Shown: positions 18,188 to 28,403 of the stretch, piece by piece
How the letters are laid out: each line of letters begins with the position of its first letter
How positions within the stretch are numbered: position 1 is the first letter of the stretch
Source of the DNA: Pyrinomonadaceae bacterium
GTDB lineage: Bacteria > Acidobacteriota > Blastocatellia > Pyrinomonadales > Pyrinomonadaceae
Direction: 5' to 3'
NCBI GenBank assembly: GCA_041745765.1
Contig: JBGTIH010000062.1
Coordinates: forward strand, 595 to 64,594
DNA length: 64,000 nucleotides
Notes under the pieces: model-generated
Database searches by the model: none
Seen by the model: the letters and a program-made list of their open reading frames with translations, nothing else
What the model was told of the DNA's origin: nothing
Made by a program: the position numbers and the translations under genes

Positions 18188-19020
18188 AAATATTCTTTTT
18201 AACCGCCTTTGCACTCGTTTGTTTCGCGCTTAATTCGATTCTGTGCCGCCTTGCGCTTCGGACGGACGAGATTGACGCGCCGAGTTTTACGGCAATCCGG
18301 CTCGTTTCGGGCGCGCTTGTTTTATTCATTATTTATTCGTTTTTCGGTAGAAAAGATACGGAAACAACTAAAGGAAATTGGCTTTCCGCGTTTTTTCTTT
18401 TCGCGTATGCGATCTGTTTTTCGTTTGCCTATACCAGTTTGACGACCGCGACGGGAGCGTTGATTCTTTTCGGTTCGGTGCAGGCGACGATGCTGATTTT
18501 CGCCGTCGTTTCCGGTGAACGACCGAAGATTTTGGAATGGCTCGGATTTTTAATCGCTATTGCGGGTTTGATCTATCTGGTTTTTCCCGGCTTGAGTGCG
18601 CCGCCGCTCGTCTTTTCGCTTCTGATGAGCTGCGCGGGAATTGCGTGGGGGTTTTACACCTTGCGCGGCAAATCGAGCGCAAATCCGCTCGCCGAAACGA
18701 CCGGAAATTTTATCCGCACGATTCCGTTTATGTTTGCGGCGTTTCTGCCGTTCGTTTATCAAACGAATTTATCGGCGAAAGGCGTTTTGCTCGCCGTTCT
18801 TTCCGGCGCAATCGCTTCGGGAATCGGTTATTCGGTCTGGTATGCCGCGCTGAAATTTCACACGGCGGCGCGGGCGGCGATTCTGCAGCTTTCCGTTCCG
18901 GCAATCGCCGCCGCCAGCGGAGTTGTTTTATTAAATGAACCGCTTTCGCTTCGATTATTGCTGGCAAGTGGTCTGATCTTAGGCGGAATCGCGCTGGCAA
19001 TCAAAGGACGTAAAGTTTAA
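18184..19020 (+). CDS. EamA/DMT-family transporter
   Basis: About 10 TM helices in a duplicated EamA-like pattern. The ATG at 18184 overlaps the upstream stop (ATGA). The longer ORF from 18085 is unlikely. Confidence 0.8.
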   Translation: MKIFFLTAFALVCFALNSILCRLALRTDEIDAPSFTAIRLVSGALVLFIIYSFFGRKDTETTKGNWLSAFFLFAYAICFSFAYTSLTTATGALILFGSVQATMLIFAVVSGERPKILEWLGFLIAIAGLIYLVFPGLSAPPLVFSLLMSCAGIAWGFYTLRGKSSANPLAETTGNFIRTIPFMFAAFLPFVYQTNLSAKGVLLAVLSGAIASGIGYSVWYAALKFHTAARAAILQLSVPAIAAASGVVLLNEPLSLRLLLASGLILGGIALAIKGRKV

Positions 19021-19062
19021 TCTGCAAAACGGTTTTATTAAGGAATCCGGCATATGAAAAAA

Positions 19063-19099
19063 AGTTTGGAGTCCCTGCTTTAGCAAGAACTCCAAACTT
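19063..19099. terminator. Bidirectional terminator hairpin between convergent genes
   Basis: AGTTTGGAGTccctgctttagcaagaACTCCAAACT flanked by an A-run and a T-run. Confidence 0.6.
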
Positions 19100-19123
19100 T
19101 CTGTAAGTTACGCGTTGGCGTGA

Positions 19124-20263
19124 TTAACTGTTTGCTTTAGCGGCGAGTCCGTCGATCAAATCGGTAAGCGGCGTATATTCCAAATCTTGCGCTTCGGCAA
19201 CGGCTTCGTAGGTCAATTTTCCGCCGTAGGTATTTACGCCTTCCGCCAAACCTTTATCATTTTGAATCGCTTTTTCAAAACCTTTATTGGCAAGCGCGAG
19301 TGCATACGGCAAGGTCGCGTTGGTTAAAGCGAAAGTCGAAGTTCGCGGAACCGCTCCGGGCATATTTGCCACGCAGTAATGCAAAACGCCTTCTTCGTAA
19401 TAAGTCGGGTTCGAATGCGTCGTTGCGTGCGTCGTTTCAAAACATCCGCCCTGATCAACCGCTACATCAACGAGAACTGAACCGTTCGGAATGTCTATAA
19501 GCATATCGCGCGTAACTAATTTCGGAGCCGCCGCGCCGACGACCAAAACGCCGCCGATAACCAGATCGGCGCGTGAGATAGCTTCGTGAATTTGATAACG
19601 GCTCGAAGCAAGCGTTTGCACTTTTGACAGAAAAATATCGTCCAATTGGCGCAGACGGTCGAGATTTATATCAATGATCGTTACGTGCGCTCCCAAACCG
19701 ACCGCCATTTTTGCCGCTTCCGTGCCGACCACGCCGCCACCCAGGATGACGACATTCGCCGCCGGAACTCCCGGAACGCCGCCGAGCAAAATGCCTTTGC
19801 CGCCGTTCATTTTTTCCAAGTAAGTCGCGCCAACCTGCACGCTCATTCTGCCCGCGACTTCCGACATCGGAGTCAGCAGCGGCAAGCGACCTTGACGGTC
19901 TGTAATCGTTTCATACGCTACGCCCGTAACTTTGCGTTCCATCATTTGTTTGGTCAATTCAAATTCCGGCGCGAGATGCAGATATGTGAAAAGCAGTTGA
20001 TTTTCACGCATCCGCGGATATTCCGGCGCAATCGGTTCTTTAACCTTGACGATCATATCGCCCGTTTCCCAAACCTCGTCCGCTGTTTCGATCATCGTCG
20101 CGCCGGCTTGAACGTATTGTTCGTCGGCAAAACCCGAACCTTCACCAGCCGATTTTTGCACAAAAAGTTCGTGTCCGGCATCCTTTAGAGCCTGCACGCC
20201 CGCCGGTGTCAGCCCGACGCGGTATTCGTTATCTTTAATTTCTTTCGGTAATCCGATCTTCAT
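19124..20263 (-). CDS. ald: Alanine dehydrogenase
   Basis: [23 protein letters not shown]..., NAD-binding [14 protein letters not shown], 379 aa. Confidence 0.95.
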   Translation of the reverse strand: MKIGLPKEIKDNEYRVGLTPAGVQALKDAGHELFVQKSAGEGSGFADEQYVQAGATMIETADEVWETGDMIVKVKEPIAPEYPRMRENQLLFTYLHLAPEFELTKQMMERKVTGVAYETITDRQGRLPLLTPMSEVAGRMSVQVGATYLEKMNGGKGILLGGVPGVPAANVVILGGGVVGTEAAKMAVGLGAHVTIIDINLDRLRQLDDIFLSKVQTLASSRYQIHEAISRADLVIGGVLVVGAAAPKLVTRDMLIDIPNGSVLVDVAVDQGGCFETTHATTHSNPTYYEEGVLHYCVANMPGAVPRTSTFALTNATLPYALALANKGFEKAIQNDKGLAEGVNTYGGKLTYEAVAEAQDLEYTPLTDLIDGLAAKANS

Positions 20264-20390
20264 TTAATAAATTCTCCAGAATGTAAAATAGATTTTTTTA
20301 ATAGCGTTTTAGCAAATCAATAAAATACCATTTGAACTGGGTAAAAACAATTTGCCGCAATTGAAATTGTCCAAAGTATTTCGAGCGATC

Positions 20391-22169
20391 TTAAAATTCC
20401 CAGAAAACCGGAATCAGAAATGTCGCCATCAGCCAGAAGATTATGTTCAGCGGCGTTCCGACTTTGACAAAATCGAAAAATTTATATTGTCCGGGACCGT
20501 AGATCATCGTGTTGGTTTGATACCCGACTGGAGTCATAAAGCTCGCCGAAGCCGCAAAAGTTACCGCCACTAGAAACGGCTGCGGATTTACGCCGAGAGT
20601 CGCGGCGGTCGCAATTGCAATCGGCGCAAGGAGCGCGGCGGTCGCATTATTCGACATCGTTTCCGTCAAAACCGAAGTTAATAAATAAAATGCCGAAACG
20701 AGCGCGACTAAACCGAGCGTGCCGACCGATGAAACGATATTCGAAGCGATCAGACGCGCCGCACCGCTTTGTTCGAGGGCGATGCCGAGCGACAAAACTC
20801 CGGCAAGCAGGAAGATAATTTTCCAGTCAATCGCCTGATACGCTTCATCGAGCGTGATGCATTTAAACAAAATCAGCAGAATCGCCCCGACCACCGACGC
20901 GACGACAATCGGCGCAAAACCCAAACTCGCGGCTAAAACCACACCCGCCACGATTGCTATGGAAAAAAGAACTTTATTGCGCCGAAATTCGACGGATTCC
21001 ATTTCGGAAGCAATGATAAAATCATTGCTGCGTTTGAAGGCATTGAGCCGTTCGAGATGTATTTCAACTAAAAGCAGATCGCCCGCGCTCAGCACCGTAG
21101 CGGAAATCTTTTCGCGCAGAAGTCTGCCGCGATGCCGCATCGCAAGCACGGTCGCGCCGTAGTTTTCGCGGAAATTAGACGTTCTCAAAGTCTGCCCGAC
21201 CAGTCCTGAACTCGGCGCGATGACGACTTCGAGAAGACGGAAATCTTCCGAAGAAATGCTTTCATCGCCCCATTTCGCCTGCGGTTTGAGCCGAATTCCC
21301 TCGCGCTCCTGCATCGCGCGGATTTTTTCCAGATCGCACCGGACAAGCAAAATATCGTCCGCCATCAAAACCACATCCGGACCGGGTTGGTGAAAAACAT
21401 CATCTTTACGCCGGATTTCCAGAATGGCAATATCCAAATCATGTACGATCGCCGAGTTTTTAATTTTTTGTCCGACCGATGCGGCTTCGGGCAAAATCAC
21501 GATTTCGGTCAGATATTCATTGAGCGCGAAGGCTTCCGTCAGATCGCCCTCGCCGCGCCGTTCGGGAATCAGTTTGATGCCGATGAGCAGCATATAAGTC
21601 GTGCCGACGGCAAACATCAACAAGCCGAGCGGGGCAAATTCGAACATCGAAAACGCCCTGATTCCGTTTTCTTCGGCAATCGAAGAAACGAGAATATTGG
21701 TCGAAGTCCCGATCAGAGTGCAAACGCCGCCGAACATCGAGGCGAACGAAATCGGCATTAAAATCTTTGACGCGCTGATGTGCGTTTCCCGGGCAACGCC
21801 GAGCAGAATCGGCAAAAAAATCGCAATCACCGGCGTGTTATTGATAAAAGCCGACAAAACACCGACCAGAATCATCACGACCAGCATCGCTACAAGAAAA
21901 CTTTTTTTGAAAATTTTATTAACGAACGTGCCGAGAAAACTGACCGCGCCGGTCTTAAAAAGCCCCGCACTCAAAATAAACATCGCGCCGACGGTGATCG
22001 TCGCCGTATTGCTGAAACCCGACAGCCCTTGCGTCGGCGAAATAATGCCGCTGACCAGAAGCAGAGCCATCACGAGCAGGGCGACCAGATCAACCGGCAG
22101 TTTTTCCGTAACGAACAGAAAAACGGCGAGAAGAAGCACGGCAAAAACGAATATCATTTCATACGACAT
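20391..22169 (-). CDS. SLC13/DASS-type permease with two internal TrkA-C (RCK_C) domains
   Basis: 592 aa. Multiple TM helices on both sides flank two soluble ~70-aa blocks (...[15 protein letters not shown]... and ...[16 protein letters not shown]...). Confidence 0.85.
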   Translation of the reverse strand: MSYEMIFVFAVLLLAVFLFVTEKLPVDLVALLVMALLLVSGIISPTQGLSGFSNTATITVGAMFILSAGLFKTGAVSFLGTFVNKIFKKSFLVAMLVVMILVGVLSAFINNTPVIAIFLPILLGVARETHISASKILMPISFASMFGGVCTLIGTSTNILVSSIAEENGIRAFSMFEFAPLGLLMFAVGTTYMLLIGIKLIPERRGEGDLTEAFALNEYLTEIVILPEAASVGQKIKNSAIVHDLDIAILEIRRKDDVFHQPGPDVVLMADDILLVRCDLEKIRAMQEREGIRLKPQAKWGDESISSEDFRLLEVVIAPSSGLVGQTLRTSNFRENYGATVLAMRHRGRLLREKISATVLSAGDLLLVEIHLERLNAFKRSNDFIIASEMESVEFRRNKVLFSIAIVAGVVLAASLGFAPIVVASVVGAILLILFKCITLDEAYQAIDWKIIFLLAGVLSLGIALEQSGAARLIASNIVSSVGTLGLVALVSAFYLLTSVLTETMSNNATAALLAPIAIATAATLGVNPQPFLVAVTFAASASFMTPVGYQTNTMIYGPGQYKFFDFVKVGTPLNIIFWLMATFLIPVFWEF

Positions 22170-22214
22170 ATTTTATAAATCGGCAGAAAAATGTGAAAAT
22201 CAGATAAACCCAGT

Positions 22215-22256
22215 ATAAATAAAAAACCGCAACTGAACAAAAACAGTTGCGGTTTT
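22215..22256 (-). terminator. Rho-independent terminator of the 22311-22751 gene
   Basis: On the minus strand, AAAACCGCAACTG-loop-CAGTTGCGGTTTT followed by TTTTTTATTT. Confidence 0.75.
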
Positions 22257-22310
22257 CCGTTTACGGATAATTCGAGCATTGCAATAATATATTGCTTCTT
22301 TACATTTCTT

Positions 22311-22751
22311 TTATTCATCAATCGGCGGATCATCAACGGTTGCCGGTTCGCCGTTTCTGTCTGCGCCGCGCAAAACTGCGGTTTGGTCAATAAAAAATGA
22401 ACGTTTCCCGCTTTTTCCGTATCTCTGCGGGACGGCTGAAACCCGGAATTCCGCCGGTTGATTCGGCGCACTGCTGATGATCGTAATTGTAAACCGGTAA
22501 GAGTATTTTTCGCCCGTCGCTAAAACGGAATCAATAATACCTATATTTCCTAATTCTTCAAAAGTTCCGAAATTTCCGTTCCCCGCTGTCGCCATAAATG
22601 TCATTTGTGCGCCCGCAAGAGTTCGCAGAGTTTGCATTACAAATTTTTCATTTCTGATTCGCGGCGAGCTTTTCGCTTGAACGGCTTCGGTAAAACCTGA
22701 GCCGATCAAAAATAAAACGAGAAAAAGTTTGACAAAAAATCCGGCAGGCAT
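22311..22751 (-). CDS. Small secreted protein with a type-IV-pilin-like globular region and no prepilin methylation motif
   Basis: 146 aa. A signal peptide is followed by ...MQTLRTLAGAQMTFMATAGNGNFGTFEELGNIGIIDSVLATG..., which resembles the head domains of acidobacterial pilin-like proteins. Confidence 0.5.
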   Translation of the reverse strand: MPAGFFVKLFLVLFLIGSGFTEAVQAKSSPRIRNEKFVMQTLRTLAGAQMTFMATAGNGNFGTFEELGNIGIIDSVLATGEKYSYRFTITIISSAPNQPAEFRVSAVPQRYGKSGKRSFFIDQTAVLRGADRNGEPATVDDPPIDE

Positions 22752-22880
22752 AAATTTAATTCTCCTTGAAGTTTGACATTAGTGAGAGTAGAACTTCGGA
22801 TTCTCACTTGTCTAAGTGTATCAAATACCTGCCGGACATTGCTATAAAAATTAATTCTCGACCAGATCAATTTGCGATTG

Positions 22881-25001
22881 TTATTGTTGGTGCTGCCATA
22901 TAAACTTAATTTTTGCGGGCAGACTTTTTGTAAATTTGTTTTCGGCAATTAGTACCAACTCGCTGTCCCTTCTCGGCACTTGAACAATCAATTCCGAAGT
23001 ACCGTCAGTATTTTTTGATTTTTCCGTTGCGGGCAGTCTTACCTCGCGTCCGTCAATTAATGCTCTGACGGCAGTTATCGGTTCACCCGAATGATTACGA
23101 ATGTCATAATTGAGTTTGACGGTCGTGTCGGACACTTCTTTAATTTGCGGCGAATTAATTTTAATTACCGGAGGCAGTATTTTGGCAATGCTTAACGGCG
23201 CATCTTTACGATTGGCTTTTTTATTGGCAAGTTTTACTGCTGATGATTCATCAACGGTTTGCAGAATCGTATCAATTACGTCGGGTCGGTAAAAATAAGC
23301 CTTGAATAAATGATTCGGAAAAAAATCTGCCGCCGCGTCTGCGCCGTTGTTGACGTGCCAGCCGATCAGATCTTCGGCATCGGGCGAAGCGTCATAATAG
23401 CCCGAAGGTGTCCATAAAATCCAACGCCCGCTGCCGTCATTCGGCGCGAAAAACGCCATCAATTCTTGTCCGTCAGACGTGCGATGCCAGCGAATAGTGC
23501 CGTCGCCGTACATTACTACGGCAATTTTCCCGGTTTTGTCGGTATTGATGGCTCTTGCATTTGACGGTGAATGTATTTGCCATAATTCCTCTCCGTCGCT
23601 GTTATACAATCTCAAATACCAACCTGTTCCGAGCAGAAATGTTTTTTCGTCGGGTAAAATCGCCAGACTATGCGAATCTTCATAGTCGAGCAATTCAAGT
23701 TTGCGACCGTTCAAAGTCGGAGTTTTTCCTTTCCGCTTCCAATCACGAATCTCTAATTTTTTGGAGTTGATTCGCGCCGGCTTTAAGTTTTCCCTTCGAC
23801 TGCTTTCAAACTCCAATTTCCGTTCAGTAACTGAAAATATCGTCGGAAATTTATCGTATCGTTGATTTGCAAATCGAAATTGCGTCGCTTTTTCGTTGAT
23901 TAAAATACCTTCAAACGAAAGATTAAAATCCGCTGCTTTCGCATCTACAAAAACGTTTCGCCGACCGTTTGTATCTAAAGTTCCCCATCCCGCTGGACCT
24001 GCCGCTGCGAAAACTACACCACCGTCCGGCAGAGACTTTATGTCATAGATGGATCTGATTCCTATAGCCGTTTCCTGGAACTCGCGCCCGTTTGTCCAGT
24101 AGCAAATCGAATTAATCCCGGTTTTTATATTTCCGATTCTTCCGACAGCATAGAGCGTTCGCCCATCTGCCGACCACGTGACGACCGATAATTCACCGTT
24201 GCGGACATTACTTAAATCCGGTTCATAGAGAACACTTAAATCAGTTGAAGATAAGACTTTCACTTGCAGCACATCGGCAAAACCGACGGCGATACTCGCT
24301 CCGTCGGGTGAAAACTTAACTCCGACGGGTATTCCGCGACTTTGCATTGATTGTTTTTTTACCAGCCGCAATTCATCTTCATCAAGTTCATAAAGCCTTA
24401 AATAGCCATCGAACGAACTTGTTACCAACCGTCTGCCGGTCGAATCAAAACTTAAAAACTCGCCGCGAACCGGGTAATTTCTGTCTTCTCCGATTATTTG
24501 GTAATTATCCGTTTTATATATTTTGATACCGGAAGTAGGTGCTATTGATACACCTAAGTATTTTCCGTCGGGAGAATACTCGAGATGCTGGATCACATGC
24601 GGTAAATTTGTGATTCGCTTGATGATTTTTCCGCTTTCGCGGTCAAACAGATAAATACAATTTGCGTTGTCCCATTCATATCCGGTCCAGCCTCCGGCGG
24701 CAATCGTATTTCCATCAGGCGAAATGGCAACCGTAAAAATCTTTCCTTCGTGGTCTGTTCCAATTGGCGGACGTAAAATATTTAAGAGTATTCCGCTGGC
24801 AAGTTCCCATACTCGAACCGTTTTATCTTCCGAAGCAGTTACCAGATAAGTTCCCGTTGCATCTACGCTTACTCTCGATATTTTGCCGGTATGCGATCCG
24901 GTTTCAATCCTTAAAACCGGATCATTCGGAACTTGTTGTCCGGTTAGAGTGGTATTTGTAGGGAATAAAAAAAATAATAGAAAAAAGATTGTTAGTTTCA
25001 T
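22881..25001 (-). CDS. Secreted WD40/beta-propeller repeat protein with a C-terminal Ig-like domain
   Basis: 706 aa with a signal peptide and WD40 signatures (DKTVRVWELASG, DGTIRWHRTSDG). Confidence 0.8.
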   Translation of the reverse strand: MKLTIFFLLFFLFPTNTTLTGQQVPNDPVLRIETGSHTGKISRVSVDATGTYLVTASEDKTVRVWELASGILLNILRPPIGTDHEGKIFTVAISPDGNTIAAGGWTGYEWDNANCIYLFDRESGKIIKRITNLPHVIQHLEYSPDGKYLGVSIAPTSGIKIYKTDNYQIIGEDRNYPVRGEFLSFDSTGRRLVTSSFDGYLRLYELDEDELRLVKKQSMQSRGIPVGVKFSPDGASIAVGFADVLQVKVLSSTDLSVLYEPDLSNVRNGELSVVTWSADGRTLYAVGRIGNIKTGINSICYWTNGREFQETAIGIRSIYDIKSLPDGGVVFAAAGPAGWGTLDTNGRRNVFVDAKAADFNLSFEGILINEKATQFRFANQRYDKFPTIFSVTERKLEFESSRRENLKPARINSKKLEIRDWKRKGKTPTLNGRKLELLDYEDSHSLAILPDEKTFLLGTGWYLRLYNSDGEELWQIHSPSNARAINTDKTGKIAVVMYGDGTIRWHRTSDGQELMAFFAPNDGSGRWILWTPSGYYDASPDAEDLIGWHVNNGADAAADFFPNHLFKAYFYRPDVIDTILQTVDESSAVKLANKKANRKDAPLSIAKILPPVIKINSPQIKEVSDTTVKLNYDIRNHSGEPITAVRALIDGREVRLPATEKSKNTDGTSELIVQVPRRDSELVLIAENKFTKSLPAKIKFIWQHQQ

Positions 25002-25057
25002 AAGGCTTTATTGTGTAATTTTGCTGGGTTGTTATTAAATTCACCAGTTTTTTGGTG

Positions 25058-26617
25058 TCAAATCTCGACTTCGTCAATCTGCGCCTTTTGCAGTTTGCCC
25101 GAATAATCTATGTAGAGCGATTTCCATTCTGTGAAAATATCGAGAACCTGCGTTCCGGCTTCGCGGTGTCCGTTGCCTGTTCCCTTTGTGCCGCCGAAAG
25201 GCAGATGAACTTCCGCGCCGATGGTTGCCGAATTGACGTAGCAGATTCCGGTGTAGAGTTCCTGCATCGCGTAGAATGATTGATTGACGTCCTGTGTGTA
25301 GATTGCCGAACTCAAGCCGTATTTCACGTCGTTGACAATATCTATCGCTTCGTCGAGAGTTTCAAATTGGATAACGACCGTGACAGGTCCGAAAATTTCT
25401 TCCTGCGCGATGCGGTCGTTGCGTTTGACGTTGGTGAAAACGGTCGGTTCGATAAAAAAGCCGTTTTTGTAAATGCCTTTGGTCAGACGGTTTCCACCGC
25501 ACGCCAAAGTTGCTTTGTCTTCTGTTTTGCCGATTTCGATATAATTTAAAATCTTGTCCATCGCGGCTTCGTTAATTACCGGACCGACTTCCGTTTTCTC
25601 GTCCAAACCGTTGCCGACGCGCAATTTCTTCGCTTTTTCGACCAGTTTTTCGCAGAATTTTTTATAAACTTTTTTGTGAACGACTAATCTTGAGGAAGCC
25701 GTGCAACGCTGTCCGCTCGTGCCGAACGCGCCCCACAGCGAGCCTTCGACGGCGTTGTCAATATCGGCATCGTCCATCACGATGATCGCGTTTTTGCCGC
25801 CCATTTCGAGTGACACGATCTTGTTGTCGCGCGCGCATTGTTCGGCGATAATTCTGCCTACATCGGTCGAACCTGTGAACGAAATCAAACGCACATCTTC
25901 GTGTTTAACCAACGCTTCGCCGGATTCGGCAAAACCGTTGACGACGTTAATCACGCCCGCCGGAATTCCGGCTTCTTCGCACGCTTTGACTAAATTTATC
26001 GTCGAAAGGGGAACGTCTTCGCCCGATTTAATGACAACCGTATTGCCGCAAACGAGCGCGGGAATCAATTTCCAGCTCGGAATCGCCATCGGAAAATTAA
26101 ACGGCGTGATCAAACCGCAGATGCCGACGGGCTGGCGCACACACATCGCAAATTTGTTCGGCATTTCCGCCGGAGTCGTAAAACCGTGCAGTCGTCTGCC
26201 TTCGCCCGCCGTGTAATATGTACAATCAATCGCTTCCTGCACGTCGCCGCCTGCTTCCTTTAAAACCTTGCCCATCTCGCGCGTCATATCGCGGGTAAAT
26301 TGCTCTTTATTTTTTTCGAGAATTTGCGCCAGACGAAATAAAATTTCCGCACGTTTCGGCGCGGGCGTTCTGCGCCAGCGCGTTGCCGCATTTTTTGCCG
26401 CTTCGACCGCCTTGTCAACATCTTCGGCATTCGAAGCCGGAAAACGCCCGATGATGTCGGTCGTGTCTGCCGGATTGACGTTATCAAACCATTCGCCCGA
26501 AGAAGATTTTACCCATTCGCCGCCGATATAATTATGATAAGTCGCGATTTTTGTTTTAGTTGTTTTTGTCGTTTTCGATTTTTTCGTTGTTTTTTTCGCT
26601 TCTTTTGCTTTTGCCAT
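25058..26617 (-). CDS. Aldehyde dehydrogenase family protein with a Lys/Thr-rich N-terminal tail
   Basis: ...YIGGEW..., catalytic EMGGKN and ...GQRCTA... motifs, 519 aa. Confidence 0.9.
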   Translation of the reverse strand: MAKAKEAKKTTKKSKTTKTTKTKIATYHNYIGGEWVKSSSGEWFDNVNPADTTDIIGRFPASNAEDVDKAVEAAKNAATRWRRTPAPKRAEILFRLAQILEKNKEQFTRDMTREMGKVLKEAGGDVQEAIDCTYYTAGEGRRLHGFTTPAEMPNKFAMCVRQPVGICGLITPFNFPMAIPSWKLIPALVCGNTVVIKSGEDVPLSTINLVKACEEAGIPAGVINVVNGFAESGEALVKHEDVRLISFTGSTDVGRIIAEQCARDNKIVSLEMGGKNAIIVMDDADIDNAVEGSLWGAFGTSGQRCTASSRLVVHKKVYKKFCEKLVEKAKKLRVGNGLDEKTEVGPVINEAAMDKILNYIEIGKTEDKATLACGGNRLTKGIYKNGFFIEPTVFTNVKRNDRIAQEEIFGPVTVVIQFETLDEAIDIVNDVKYGLSSAIYTQDVNQSFYAMQELYTGICYVNSATIGAEVHLPFGGTKGTGNGHREAGTQVLDIFTEWKSLYIDYSGKLQKAQIDEVEI

Positions 26618-26630
26618 ATTTAAAAAAATT

Positions 26631-26716
26631 AAGTTTCAAATTTCAAGTTACGAGTTCCAAGTTAAAAAATTACTTGGAACTCGTAACTTGAAACTTGGAA
26701 CTTTGAACTTTGAACT
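26631..26716. repeat. Heptamer-word hairpin (AAGTTNC / ACTTGNA arms)
   Basis: caagttacgagttccaagt-taaaaaatt-acttggaactcgtaacttg, flanked by further 7-nt words. Confidence 0.75.
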
Positions 26717-26722
26717 GTTAAA

Positions 26723-28273
26723 TTATTGAACCGTAAATTGAACCACGCTCATCTGCGTATTCCGGCGCAAGCGGTCATAGCTTACAATATGCAAAACGAC
26801 CGCATCGCCTTTTTTCAGATTATTGACATAATCGTTAAAACTCTTCAGATCCGTAACCGGCTGGCGGTTAATTCTTTGAATCAAATCACCTTCGTTCAAC
26901 GCGTCGCCGCCGGTCGAACTTTTGACATCGGCAATAAAACTCGCCGGATTGATGCTTTTGACGATCAAACCTTTTTCGCCTTCGAGCCTATAAATCTTTG
27001 CGACATCGAGCGTTAGTTCGGTCAAAGTCAGACCGAACGGCTGCTGCGCTTTAATATTTTTATCAATCGGCAGTTTGCGTGGTTCTTCTGTGTCAATCAC
27101 GCGGTTATTTGAAGGACGCTCGGCAAGTGTGATCGAAGTTGTTTTGCGTTCGAGTCTTGTTCCGACTTCGCGCAGATACGTAACATTTACAGTTTGATCG
27201 GGCGCGGTTGAGGCAACTTTTTGAATCAAATCCTGAGCATTTTCCACCTTTTGCCCGTTAAATTCCAGAATCACGTCATTTGCCAGCAAACCGGCATTTG
27301 CCGCCGCGCTCTTTTTTTCCCGCACTTCGGTAATGATCGCGCCTTTGGCTTCCGGCAGATCATAAACTTTGGCGAATTCGTTTTTTACCGAATCGAGCAA
27401 AACGCCGAGATAGCCGCGCCGGACTTTGCCGTTTTGGAGAATCTGCCGATAAACATTTTCCGCTTCATTTGACGGCAGAGCAAAACCGATACCATTGTAA
27501 TCGCCCGTCGAAGTGGCGATCTGCGAATTAACGCCGATGACTTCGCCCTGCATATTAACAAGCGGTCCGCCCGAATTTCCGCGATTGATTGCTGCGTCGG
27601 TTTGAATAAATTTTTGAAACGCATTGCCGGAAGGAGTTTCTCTCTGCGTCTGCGAAATAATGCCGGCTGTTACGGTTTTTGCCAGACCGAACGGCGAACC
27701 GATTGCCAGAACCCAATCGCCGACCTGCGCTCTGTCCGAATTTCCCAATCTGATCGAAGGCAGATCGCGCCCCGTTTCGATTTTCAAAACCGCCAGATCG
27801 GTTTCCTCGTCCGTGCCGATAACTCTCGCCACATATTCTTCGCCCGAAGAAAGCTTGACGGTGATCCGCACCGCTTCTTCGATAACGTGATAATTCGTTA
27901 AAATATAGCCGCTTTTATCAACGATAAATCCGCTTCCGACGGCACTCGCCGGACGGCGCGGAAGTTGTCTTTTAAAGAATTCCAGAATATCGTCCGAATC
28001 GCCCGCCGATTCATCGCCTTTTAATTTTACTTCGGGGATTTTTCCTTTGGTATCAATGCTGACTACTGCCGATTCGACGCGTCTTGAAACCTCGGCAAAT
28101 GATGCGGAAAGTTTTTCAGGAGTAATTGAGGCTTCTGCTCCGACATTTTCGATTTGAGCAAACACCTGTCCGGAATTGCCGCTTAAAGCAGCGACCGCAA
28201 AAATCAAACCGGCAACCCAGAAACGGATTTTTCCGGCGATGATTCCATTTGAATTATTTTTATAATTTAACAT
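26723..28273 (-). CDS. HtrA/DegP-family serine protease with two PDZ domains
   Basis: Catalytic ...TNYHVI..., ...DLAVLK..., ...GNSGGPLV..., 516 aa with a signal/TM N-terminus. Confidence 0.9.
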   Translation of the reverse strand: MLNYKNNSNGIIAGKIRFWVAGLIFAVAALSGNSGQVFAQIENVGAEASITPEKLSASFAEVSRRVESAVVSIDTKGKIPEVKLKGDESAGDSDDILEFFKRQLPRRPASAVGSGFIVDKSGYILTNYHVIEEAVRITVKLSSGEEYVARVIGTDEETDLAVLKIETGRDLPSIRLGNSDRAQVGDWVLAIGSPFGLAKTVTAGIISQTQRETPSGNAFQKFIQTDAAINRGNSGGPLVNMQGEVIGVNSQIATSTGDYNGIGFALPSNEAENVYRQILQNGKVRRGYLGVLLDSVKNEFAKVYDLPEAKGAIITEVREKKSAAANAGLLANDVILEFNGQKVENAQDLIQKVASTAPDQTVNVTYLREVGTRLERKTTSITLAERPSNNRVIDTEEPRKLPIDKNIKAQQPFGLTLTELTLDVAKIYRLEGEKGLIVKSINPASFIADVKSSTGGDALNEGDLIQRINRQPVTDLKSFNDYVNNLKKGDAVVLHIVSYDRLRRNTQMSVVQFTVQ

Positions 28274-28403
28274 AGCTTATTCTCCTTAAAATTCAAGATT
28301 TCCGCCCTCGATACGCAGATTTACAAAGTATAAATTTATCACGGGCAAGCGAGCAAGTAAATTTTCAGATACCTTTAATAATATAGAGATAATACGGGCT
28401 TTT

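Noticed and set aside
21601-22218. Long antisense ORFs inside well-supported genes. Examples are 21601-22218, 52604-53185, 59353-59919, 19646-20188, 6352-6891, 25701-26216, 55679-56221 and 58347-58796.
   Set aside because: They lie fully within genes that have clear family motifs on the other strand. Their translations are Arg/Ser/Pro-rich and low in complexity. These are typical shadow ORFs.
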